Shown one piece after another: positions 39,781 to 47,775 of a stretch of DNA of 64,000 nt. The stretch covers positions 23,601-87,600 of the forward strand of contig JBKPQB010000027.1 in NCBI GenBank assembly GCA_046733875.1. Reading direction: 5' to 3'. How positions within the stretch are numbered: the stretch's first letter is position 1; every line of letters begins with the position of its first letter. The DNA is from Acidobacteriota bacterium. GTDB taxonomy: Bacteria; Acidobacteriota; Vicinamibacteria; Vicinamibacterales; 2-12-FULL-66-21. Under the pieces are notes generated by a model that ran no database searches, was not told the DNA's origin, and saw only the letters and a list, made by a program, of their open reading frames with translations. The position numbers and the translations under genes are program-made.

Positions 39781-40633
39781 GGTTGCGGGAATTGCCGCTG
39801 GAGGGGGGCCTGGCATCGGAGTCATGGGCGTCTCCTTCCGCAGGATCTGCGCCCGCAGGCAGGTAGTAGCGTGTGAGCCATCGGCTCAGGCCATCGAGGT
39901 CGGGAAACAGAATCCGTTCGTTGACGTTCGCCTGATCGAGCTTGTCGCGAATCTCCCATTTGAGATCCGCCGGTACGACGACGCGCCGGCAGAGAGCCGG
40001 ATGTCTGTGCAGCCACTCGTCCATCAGTGCGGTAGGGCTCGACATCAGGGAGAAGAGCGCGAACTGATTGAGGATGCGACGATCGATCGCCGGTGGTTCG
40101 AGAAAAACGAGGAAGGGATCCCGTGCGAGCGCGTCGAATGCGCGCAGCGTCTCGAACGCATTCAGCATGTCGACGGTAAGCGTTTCGGATCCTTCCTGCT
40201 CGAGGATGCGCTTCAGCCGCGACGGCAGGCGCTTGTTCGCCTCGACGAAGTTGACGCACCAGACGACGCCGTCGGCGTCGAAGTCCGCCGGATCCTCGGT
40301 CGCGAAGTGCAGCGCGACGAGGGGCGAATACGTCCAGTCGAGCAGTCGCGTCGGCAGGCCACGATGCTGCCCGAGCGCGAGCCAGTCCCAGATGGAGTCG
40401 GCGCCGAAGCCCTCCGAGTGTGCGTACTTGCGGAAGTTGCGCAGCAGCGCCATCTCGAGCCGTGCCGCGTCGGCGCGGCCGCCGGCGAGCCGCACGAGCG
40501 AACTGGAGAGCGAATGATCCGCGCGCGACAAGCCGCGGAACGCGAACGGAGATCGATAGCGCTGAATCGAGGGGTTCCAGGATTTCGCGTACAGAGCCTC
40601 GAGGATCTCCGTCCAACCGGCCGGGTTTGTCAA
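39695..40633 (-). CDS. FRG-domain protein
   Basis: FAFRGLSRADHSLSSSLVR...LALGQHRGLPTRLLDWTYSPLVALHFA matches the FRG-domain core. The Arg-rich C-terminal tail runs into the qor start region. Confidence 0.7.
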   Translation of the reverse strand: MTNPAGWTEILEALYAKSWNPSIQRYRSPFAFRGLSRADHSLSSSLVRLAGGRADAARLEMALLRNFRKYAHSEGFGADSIWDWLALGQHRGLPTRLLDWTYSPLVALHFATEDPADFDADGVVWCVNFVEANKRLPSRLKRILEQEGSETLTVDMLNAFETLRAFDALARDPFLVFLEPPAIDRRILNQFALFSLMSSPTALMDEWLHRHPALCRRVVVPADLKWEIRDKLDQANVNERILFPDLDGLSRWLTRYYLPAGADPAEGDAHDSDARPPSSGNSRNHARHRDRHAWRTRRAAPRRAAGSAPRGR

Positions 40634-40714
40634 CGCATTGCCTCCCGTGTTACCCGCGTGTTCGCCACCATTCCCACGCGTTGGTGGCTTTCCGCTGTCT
40701 GTTTTCCGCTCATC

Positions 40715-40739
40715 TGTAGCTTCCGGCTTAAGCCGGAAG
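40715..40739. repeat. TGTAG followed by a perfect 20-bp palindrome (REP-like element or operator)
   Basis: TGTAG at 40715-40719. CTTCCGGCTTAAGCCGGAAG at 40720-40739 is its own reverse complement. A further AGCTTCCG / CGGAAGCT pairing reaches 40755. Confidence 0.85.
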
Positions 40740-40778
40740 GTACCGGGCGGAAGCTATGTTAAATGTCACAGGGTTTGT

Positions 40779-42113
40779 ATGCCAGCGGGAGCGCTCGCCA
40801 CCGACTTGTATCAGCTCACGATGATGGCGGGTCACTTTGCCGCGGGACGCCATCGATCGACGACGGCGACGTTCGAGCTGTTTGCCAGGCGTCTCCCCCC
40901 AGGCCGGCAATATCTCATTGCCGCCGGGCTCGCGCCGTTTCTCGACTACCTCGAGAACCTGCGGTTCACCGCCGATGACGTGCGCGCCCTCCAGGCGGCG
41001 CCAGCGCTGGCGACCGCGCCCCGGGAGTTCTTCGATTATCTCCGGCAAATCAGGTTCACCGGAATCGTCCGCGCGATGCGTGAAGGGACGCCGGTCTTCG
41101 CGAACGAACCGCTCCTGCAGATCACGGCGCCGATCACGGAGGCGCAGCTCGTCGAGACGGCGGCGCTGGCGTTTCTCAATTTCCAGACCTCCGTCGCGAG
41201 CAAAGCTGCGCGCGTGGTGAGCGCCGCCGCGGGCCGGCCGGTGATGGAGTTTGGCGCCCGGCGGGCCCACGGGCTGGAGGCCGCGCTGTTCGCCGCGCGC
41301 GCCGCGTTCGTGGCGGGGTGCGCAGCCACGTCGTATGTGGACGCGGGGGTGCGTTTCGGGATCCCGCTCTCGGGAACGATGGCGCATTCGTGGGTGCTGT
41401 CGGGCGCCGACGAACTGACCGCGTTCCAGGATTACGAGCAACTGTTCGGCGCGCATGCCGTTCTGCTCCTCGACTCGTTCGACACGATTGCGGCGGCGAA
41501 GCTCATCGTGCGCGCGGGCATGCGCCCTGCGGCCGTCCGCCTCGACAGCGGCAACCTCGACGCGCTCAGCCGCGACGTCCGCGCGATCTTCGACGCCGCA
41601 GGGCTGCGCGATACGCGCATCCTTGCGAGCGGCGATCTCGACGAGCACAGCATCGCCGCGCTCGTCGCGAGCGGCGCACCCGTCGACGGCTTCGGCGTAG
41701 GCACCAGCATCGTGACGTCCATCGATGCGCCGGCGCTCGGGGGGGTCTACAAACTCGTCGAACTGGAGGAGAACGGGCGGATCCGCGGTGTCATGAAGAC
41801 GAGCCCGGGCAAAGCCACCTGGCCGGGCAGGAAACAGGTCTGGAGAATCCTCAAATGCGGCACTGCCCTGCGGGATGTCATCGCGTGCGAAACAGAGCCA
41901 CCGCCGGGTGGTGCGGTCCCGCTGCTGCAGGTCGTCATGCGCGATGGCAGGCGGGTGGAGCCGCAGCCGTCGCTGCGAGAGTCGCAAGAGTGGTGTGCCG
42001 CGCGCCTGGCGGAGTTACCGAAGTCGGTGCGCGATCTTGCGCGGACAGAGCCTTACGCAGTTACGCCGAGTGAAGCGTTGAGACAATCGATCGGCATCAC
42101 GGTCGACGATTGA
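40779..42113 (+). CDS. pncB: Nicotinate phosphoribosyltransferase
   Basis: Start at ATG 40779 (ALATDLYQLTMMAGHF). Conserved SGTMAHSWV and LDSGNL motifs. Confidence 0.88.
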   Translation: MPAGALATDLYQLTMMAGHFAAGRHRSTTATFELFARRLPPGRQYLIAAGLAPFLDYLENLRFTADDVRALQAAPALATAPREFFDYLRQIRFTGIVRAMREGTPVFANEPLLQITAPITEAQLVETAALAFLNFQTSVASKAARVVSAAAGRPVMEFGARRAHGLEAALFAARAAFVAGCAATSYVDAGVRFGIPLSGTMAHSWVLSGADELTAFQDYEQLFGAHAVLLLDSFDTIAAAKLIVRAGMRPAAVRLDSGNLDALSRDVRAIFDAAGLRDTRILASGDLDEHSIAALVASGAPVDGFGVGTSIVTSIDAPALGGVYKLVELEENGRIRGVMKTSPGKATWPGRKQVWRILKCGTALRDVIACETEPPPGGAVPLLQVVMRDGRRVEPQPSLRESQEWCAARLAELPKSVRDLARTEPYAVTPSEALRQSIGITVDD

Positions 42114-42210
42114 TCACGAAGATCACTAAGGCCCAGAGAAGGACCAAATGATCTTGATGATCTTTGTGCGCTTAGAGTTGTTCGTGAATAGCCGTCTGCC
42201 GACCATGAGA

Positions 42211-43563
42211 TTACTGCAAACCCGAAGGCAGCCTTGGCGACGAGAGCAGGCGCTCGAACTCCTGCCACCGGCGCTCGGGATTCGCGGCCGTCCCGCCGCG
42301 TGATTCGATGTAGCGCCGCACCATATCCTTGCCCAGGTTGTAGTTGATCACGTAGCTGCGGTACTGGTCGAAGAAGCGCACGCGCTGGACGGCGCGGTCA
42401 TGCGGCGTCAGCGCGTACTTTTCCAGCCAGGCCGCGGCCGCGTCGCGATCGATCTCGCCGTTCAGGTAACGGCGGGCCGCCTCGTTGCCCGCGTACGACA
42501 ACTGATCGACGAGCGCCTGCACCTCGTAGTACGTGGCGGCCCTGGACGCATCGAGCCCGGCGAGCGGGAAGAGCTGCCTCGCCTCGAAGTCGACACGCTC
42601 GTGTCCGGGAAACGCGACTTCGATCCCGAAGTTCGCGGTGCCCTCGGCAATCAGGGACTGCGGCGAGAAGAGCGGATAGACGGTGAACTCAATCCAACCG
42701 CGATCGCGCACGAGGTGCTGTTCGAGCAGCGTGTTGTAGACGTGATGTCCGGGGTAGCCCTCGTGGCAGGCGAGATCGATCGCGCGATCGATGTAGATCG
42801 GCAGATCGGTGTTGACCTGAATCAAGCTGCGGAAGTTGCCCTGATACCAGTTGTAGCCGCTCCAGGATTTATTCGTGACGTACTCGACGGTGAACTGTTC
42901 GCCGGGCGGGAGCTGCACGTGCGCGAGCGTCCGCGTGCGGCAGCCGTCGATCGCAGTCTTGAACACCGTGTCGAGCCGTTCGCGCGGAATCACGAACGCG
43001 CGGCGCCACTGCTCATAGCGTTCGACGAGCGGTCCCGCTCCAGGAAACCGTGCGTCGAGCTTGTCGAGGATCCCCTTGAAATGCGCTTCAGAGTTCGTCG
43101 GGGCGACGGCATCGTAGAGTGCGCGCGATTCTTCATCGAAAGAAAGTCGCTCGCCTTCGAGCATCCGTACGCGCGCGATCATCGACGAGAGCTGGTGATC
43201 CAGGTACTGATGCCGAAGCTGTCGCAGCTCGGCGTCCTCGCCATCGCCGGCCGATGCCTCCGATCGCCCGTCGGCCACGCCCACGATCTGCTTGCGCAGA
43301 TCCGCGGCCCTGTCACGAATCGTCCGCAGATCGAGCTTGGATGTCGCGGCTTCTTTCTTCCATTCCGGCGGTCCGTAGTACGCGTCGACGTAGTCGTGAT
43401 CGTGCTGGCCGAGCGCGAGCACCAGCCGTACGTATTGTTGTGCGATCGAATCCATGGACGTCCGTGGAAGGGGCGCTGTGCGCTGCGCGGCGACGGTCAA
43501 CGCCAGTGCAATAAGGACGGCAGCCGCCGCGCGGAGCGCCGGCCGAGCCCGAGTGCTGTGCAT
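42211..43563 (-). CDS. Secreted hypothetical protein with an HEGYPGHH motif (DUF885-like putative metalloprotein)
   Basis: Start at ATG 43563 gives the signal peptide MHSTRARPALRAAAAVLIALALTVAAQ. The motif CHEGYPGHHVYN resembles the DUF885 metal-site motif. The longer ORF (to 44088) is Arg/Glu-rich read-through. Confidence 0.55.
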   Translation of the reverse strand: MHSTRARPALRAAAAVLIALALTVAAQRTAPLPRTSMDSIAQQYVRLVLALGQHDHDYVDAYYGPPEWKKEAATSKLDLRTIRDRAADLRKQIVGVADGRSEASAGDGEDAELRQLRHQYLDHQLSSMIARVRMLEGERLSFDEESRALYDAVAPTNSEAHFKGILDKLDARFPGAGPLVERYEQWRRAFVIPRERLDTVFKTAIDGCRTRTLAHVQLPPGEQFTVEYVTNKSWSGYNWYQGNFRSLIQVNTDLPIYIDRAIDLACHEGYPGHHVYNTLLEQHLVRDRGWIEFTVYPLFSPQSLIAEGTANFGIEVAFPGHERVDFEARQLFPLAGLDASRAATYYEVQALVDQLSYAGNEAARRYLNGEIDRDAAAAWLEKYALTPHDRAVQRVRFFDQYRSYVINYNLGKDMVRRYIESRGGTAANPERRWQEFERLLSSPRLPSGLQ

Positions 43564-43614
43564 ACGACGTTGTACTACGCTGGGGCGGCGCCAGGTTTGC
43601 TTCCAGCACGCCGG

Positions 43615-44271
43615 ATGCGTGCGCTCTTCTTTTCGGTGCTTGCGTGGTTTCTCACACCGCTCGGCGTCATTCTGATGGGGATCCTCGACGCATCCCTGGT
43701 CTTTTTCCTCCCGCTTGGAATCGATTTCGTCGTGATCGTCATGACCGCGCGGAAGCCGGACCTCTTCTGGCTGTATGCGCTGCTGGCGACCGTGGGATCC
43801 CTCTTGGGCGGCCTGGCGACGTTCTGGCTGGGCAGGAAGGTCGGCGAGGTCGGACTGACGCGCTTCGTCAGCCCGAGACGCCTCGAACGCGCCAAGGCCC
43901 GCGTCGGCCGCGGAGCGGTCGTCGTGGCCGCGCTGGCCGTGATTCCACCGCCGTTTCCGTTCACGCCGTTCGTGCTCACAAGCGGGGCGCTCGCGATGAA
44001 TCCGTGGCCCTTCTTCGGCACGCTCGCCGGCGCGCGCGTGCTTCGGTTCGGTGCGGAAGCGGCGCTCGCCGCCCGCTACGGCTCGCAAATCCTGCGATGG
44101 ATGAAGACGCCGATGTTCGAGGGAGTGATCGGCGTCCTTATCGCGCTTGCCGTCATCGGCACGATCGCGTCGGCGATCGCTCTCGTCCGCGGCACGCGAG
44201 GCGCTAGATCCGGTAGCGGAGCAGCGCCGCGACGCCGCCGTACGGCCTCAGCAGGTCCGGGTCCTCGATGA
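43615..44271 (+). CDS. YqaA/DedA (VTT)-like membrane protein
   Basis: In-frame ATG 43615 inside the long shadow ORF 42400-44271. The hydrophobic core with GSLLGGLATFWLGRKVGE and IPPPFPFTPFVLTSGAL resembles the YqaA family. Confidence 0.6.
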   Translation: MRALFFSVLAWFLTPLGVILMGILDASLVFFLPLGIDFVVIVMTARKPDLFWLYALLATVGSLLGGLATFWLGRKVGEVGLTRFVSPRRLERAKARVGRGAVVVAALAVIPPPFPFTPFVLTSGALAMNPWPFFGTLAGARVLRFGAEAALAARYGSQILRWMKTPMFEGVIGVLIALAVIGTIASAIALVRGTRGARSGSGAAPRRRRTASAGPGPR

Positions 44272-45364
44272 ACGTGACACGGGCGCCGGTCTGCTGCGCT
44301 CTGGTCACGAGGTCATCGGCCAGCCGCACCGTCCCGATGTCGCGACCGGCAGGTTCACCCGCGACTGTTTCGTCGACCGCGGGCTGCGCGAGACCGGCAT
44401 CGTTCGCGAGCGCCATTTGCGCGGCGCGCGATCCTTTCTGGAGGCCGGCGAGCTGCGCAACCGAGGCCGTGATGAGGAGCTCGTCGACCTGACCGTTCGT
44501 CAGCGCCAGCAGCGTCTCGTCGGGGCCGATCACGCCGAGGCCTCCCGCGCGGTACGCGCCAACGGCGGCCTCCACCCGCTCACGATCCGTTCTCTCGTTG
44601 AGCTTCCGCATCGCCTCGAGCGATGCCTCGATCACTTCGTCGTCTGCCGCGCCGGCGTCGACCGAGATCCGATCGGCGATCTTTTCCGCCAGGTGCTTCG
44701 GCATCTGCTCGCGCAGCAGCGGAATGACGACCGGATCGCCCGCCACGAGAATCCGATCGATCTTCTCGCGCGCGACGATGCGATCGAGCGCATCGATGAC
44801 GTCTTTGATGTGCTGCAGGTGGTAATTCTCGACGTGGCGCTGATAGCGTGCCTGCGACCAGCCGCCCTGGGACTGCCGCTTCGTCTTGACGCCTTCGATT
44901 GAGACGGCGTCCGCGACGCGGCCCTGCGCGACGACCAGGATGCGGGCGGAGGCGGTATCCGCAAGCAGCGCGGCATACTGCGGAAACTGCGACGCGATGC
45001 GCGCCAGCGGATACAAGTGGGGGCGGTCTCCGACGTACAGCCAATGATCGTCCAGCGGCGCGTCCAGCTGAATCGCGTCGAAGAGCTCCGCGGCGTCGCA
45101 CGCGAAGATCGCGACGCCGTTCGCGGCGGGCTGAAGCTCAGATTCCAGGTATCTGCCGATCCGATCGAAGTCCCGGTCGAGCGATGCCCGTTCCGGAGAG
45201 TTCGGCGCGTACGTCTGAGCTCTGGCTTTGAACTCCTTTCGAACGAAGGACTGATAATGGTCACGCCCGTGCTGATTGGGCTGGGTATTCAGATACAGAC
45301 TGACGACGGGGTAAGGGGCCGGTTCAAAGGCTGACAACCGCTCGAGCTGCTCGTTTAGAGGCAT
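44204..45364 (-). CDS. eRF1-like protein (bacterial archaeo-eukaryotic release factor / Vms1-like family)
   Basis: Start at ATG 45364 (MPLNEQLERLSAFEPAPYPVVSLYLNT). Central loop KRQSQGGWSQARYQRH. C-terminal eRF1-domain-3-like end (ARVTFIEDPDLLRPYGGVAALLRYRI). Confidence 0.65.
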   Translation of the reverse strand: MPLNEQLERLSAFEPAPYPVVSLYLNTQPNQHGRDHYQSFVRKEFKARAQTYAPNSPERASLDRDFDRIGRYLESELQPAANGVAIFACDAAELFDAIQLDAPLDDHWLYVGDRPHLYPLARIASQFPQYAALLADTASARILVVAQGRVADAVSIEGVKTKRQSQGGWSQARYQRHVENYHLQHIKDVIDALDRIVAREKIDRILVAGDPVVIPLLREQMPKHLAEKIADRISVDAGAADDEVIEASLEAMRKLNERTDRERVEAAVGAYRAGGLGVIGPDETLLALTNGQVDELLITASVAQLAGLQKGSRAAQMALANDAGLAQPAVDETVAGEPAGRDIGTVRLADDLVTRAQQTGARVTFIEDPDLLRPYGGVAALLRYRI

Positions 45365-45452
45365 AGGATTCTCTCGGGTGCGGTTTACGCAAACCCCGTG
45401 CTTGCGGCGCGCGACCTCAGCCGATCGCGGTTGACATAGAATCGGCTGGCGA

Positions 45453-46664
45453 ATGCGGACCGCTCCGTACTTTCTCGATACCTTCCCCAAATCCCGTCGT
45501 CCCGACTACCCGCGCTTCAAAGGCGAGGAGCAGTCGACCGTGGTGATCGTTGGCGGCGGGCTGACGGGGTGCGCGTCCGCCCTCGCATGCGCCGCGGCTG
45601 GCGTTCGGGTCGTGCTCCTTGAGGGTGAGCGTGTCGGTCAGGGGATGACCGCGCGCAGCGTAGGCCTGCTGAGGCAGAGCTTCGACGCGTCGTTTCATGA
45701 GACGACCGCGCTCTATGGGCTCCGAACGGCGCGCCACCTGTGGACCGCGATGAGAAGGGCGTCGCTCGACTTCGCCGCTGCCTTCCGTCGGTTCGGCATT
45801 CGAGCGGACCTGAACGAGCAGGATCTCCTCGTCTTCGCACGCGACGGTGCCGAGCGCCGGCTCAAGCGCGAGTATCAGGCGCGCCGGGACGCGGGCCTGG
45901 ACGTCACGTGGCTCAACAAAGCAGCAACGCGGAAGGAAGCCGACATCGACGGTGATGGCGCGCTGCGGACAGAGGGCATGGCGCTCGATCCCTACCGCGC
46001 ATGCGTCGGGCTCGCGGCGGCGGCGGCCGCCCGCGGTGCAGCAATCCACGAGAAGAGCCGAGTCCGACGGATACGCTTCGATCGCAAGTCGGCGCAGGTG
46101 ATCTGCGAATCGGGCACGATCACTGCCACGACCGTTCTCGTCGCCACGGGCGCGCCGACCAGCGGTCTGGGCGCGCTGCGGCGTCATTTCAGGTCTTCGG
46201 AGTGCTATGCGGTCGTGACGGAGCCGCTGCCAGCCGCCGTCCGTCGCGAGGTTGGCCGACGGATGGCCGCACTCCGCGACATGCACGCGCCGCCGCACGT
46301 GCTGCGCTGGATGAAGGAGGATCGCGTGCTCTTCTCCGGCGCGGATCAACCGCCGGTCGCGTCGCGCCTTCACGACAAGGCCGTCGCGCAGCGATCGATG
46401 CAGTTGATGTACGAGCTGTCGACGCTCTATCCGCCGATCTCAGGCCTCCAGCCGGCGTGGGCGTGGAGCATGATGCAACACGAGTCTGCGGACGGGCTGC
46501 CGATCATTGGACCGCATCGAAATTTTCCCCATCAATTTTTCTCGCTCGGGCACGGACGGCATGGCGCCGGGCTGGCGTGGCTGACGGCCCGAGTGCTGCT
46601 TCGTCACGTGACGCGCGAGCCGGCGCGGGGAGATGAGCTGTTCGGATTTGCTCGGATTTTGTGA
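45453..46664 (+). CDS. FAD-dependent oxidoreductase (DAO family)
   Basis: Dinucleotide-binding motif VVIVGGGLTGCASALACAAAGVRVVLLE. About 400 aa. Confidence 0.8.
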   Translation: MRTAPYFLDTFPKSRRPDYPRFKGEEQSTVVIVGGGLTGCASALACAAAGVRVVLLEGERVGQGMTARSVGLLRQSFDASFHETTALYGLRTARHLWTAMRRASLDFAAAFRRFGIRADLNEQDLLVFARDGAERRLKREYQARRDAGLDVTWLNKAATRKEADIDGDGALRTEGMALDPYRACVGLAAAAAARGAAIHEKSRVRRIRFDRKSAQVICESGTITATTVLVATGAPTSGLGALRRHFRSSECYAVVTEPLPAAVRREVGRRMAALRDMHAPPHVLRWMKEDRVLFSGADQPPVASRLHDKAVAQRSMQLMYELSTLYPPISGLQPAWAWSMMQHESADGLPIIGPHRNFPHQFFSLGHGRHGAGLAWLTARVLLRHVTREPARGDELFGFARIL

Positions 46665-46676
46665 ACAGGTCGTGCC

Positions 46677-46745
46677 GGGGATCGGGGATCGGGGATCGGG
46701 AGTCGGGGATCGGGAGTCGGGATGGCGGATTAGGGATTAGGGATT
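46677..46745 (+). repeat. G-rich heptad array (GGGGATC x3, GGGAGTC, GGGGATC, GGGAGTC, ..., GGGATTA x2, GGGATTC)
   Basis: Read directly from the sequence. At least 7 runs of three or more G separated by 3-5 nt. The stop and last codons of the minus-strand gene (46737) lie inside it. Confidence 0.9.
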
Positions 46746-47672
46746 CGCGAAAATCCCGCGCAGCGCAATCTCGATCTCGGGATACCTGAAATGGAATCCC
46801 GCTTCCTGCGCGCGGGCGGGGAAGACGCGCTGACCCGTGAGGAGCGCGTCCGCCATCTCGCCGACGACCGCCCGGAGCATGAAACCGGGGACGGGGAAGA
46901 GAGCGGGCCGATGGAGCACGCGGCGGAGCGCTCGCGTGAAGTGCGCGTTCGTGACGGGGTGCGGAGCCGTCGCGTTGATCGCGCCGCTCAAAGACGGCGT
47001 GTCCACGATCCACCGCACCATCTCGATCCAGTCGAGGCGGTGAATCCACGCGAAATACTGGCGGCCGGACCCGAGACGCCCTCCCGCGAAGTAGCGGAAC
47101 AGACGCGCCATCTTGGGCAGCGCGCCGCCTGAGCGTTCGAGGACGACTCCCGAACGAAGGGTAATGACGCGTACACCCGGACTGCTGGCGCGCTGGGCTT
47201 CGGCCTCCCAGTCGTGGCAGAGCCGCGCGAGGAAGTCGCTGCCGGCAGGCGATGACTCGGTAACCGGCCCGTTGCCGGTATCGCCGTAATACCCGACGGC
47301 GCTCGCGTTGACGAGCACGGCGGGCCGGTTCGCCGCCGCGGCCACAGCCTCTACCAGCGATCGCGTCGGGAGCAACCGGCTCTCACGCAGCACCTGTTTT
47401 CGGGCTCCTGACCACCGTCGCCGGTGCAGCGGGTCCCCAGCGAGATTGACGATCGCTGCGGCTCCGTCGATCACCGGCGTCAGCATGCCCGCAGTGCCGT
47501 CGGGACTCCATCCGACACGGGTGATGCCGGGCACCCCCGTACCCGATTCGTGCCGGCTGACGCCAGGCGGGAGCGCACGCGTCAGCATCCGCACGTCGTG
47601 TCCGTCTTCGGCCCACGCCTCGCACAGAGGCGCGCCGAGAAAGCCGCTCCCGCCGGCGACGATGATTTTCAT
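46737..47672 (-). CDS. TIGR01777/YfcH-like NAD-dependent epimerase-family protein (with DUF1731 C-terminus)
   Basis: MKIIVAGGSGFLGAPL Rossmann start. C-terminal GQRVFPARAQEAGFHFRYPEIEIAL. Confidence 0.82.
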   Translation of the reverse strand: MKIIVAGGSGFLGAPLCEAWAEDGHDVRMLTRALPPGVSRHESGTGVPGITRVGWSPDGTAGMLTPVIDGAAAIVNLAGDPLHRRRWSGARKQVLRESRLLPTRSLVEAVAAAANRPAVLVNASAVGYYGDTGNGPVTESSPAGSDFLARLCHDWEAEAQRASSPGVRVITLRSGVVLERSGGALPKMARLFRYFAGGRLGSGRQYFAWIHRLDWIEMVRWIVDTPSLSGAINATAPHPVTNAHFTRALRRVLHRPALFPVPGFMLRAVVGEMADALLTGQRVFPARAQEAGFHFRYPEIEIALRGIFANP

Positions 47673-47775
47673 TGCCTCTCTTGGACGAACCCGCCGCTGC
47701 CGAAGTTTGCGCCGCGGCATTGTTATAATGCGTCGTCACGCTTTCCCCAGCAGCCTTTTTTCGTACAGGCCGCCA

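Noticed and set aside
39695-39825. The FRG/qor overlap as evidence of a frameshifted pseudogene.
   Set aside because: Both ORFs are intact with complete recognisable cores. The overlap involves only a low-complexity tail of the FRG ORF, which is typical of late stop codons in GC-rich DNA.
45431-45442. TTGACA immediately followed by TAGAAT upstream of the FAD oxidoreductase gene, as a sigma-70 promoter.
   Set aside because: The two hexamers are adjacent rather than about 17 bp apart, so they cannot be a -35/-10 pair. At most the TAGAAT could be a -10 element, which I cannot support further.
46721-46745. Telomere-like GGATTAGGGATTAGGGATT (contains TTAGGG).
   Set aside because: It is just the tail of the local heptad array inside a bacterial chromosome. 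Only two units are present and there is no chromosome end, so the resemblance is coincidental.
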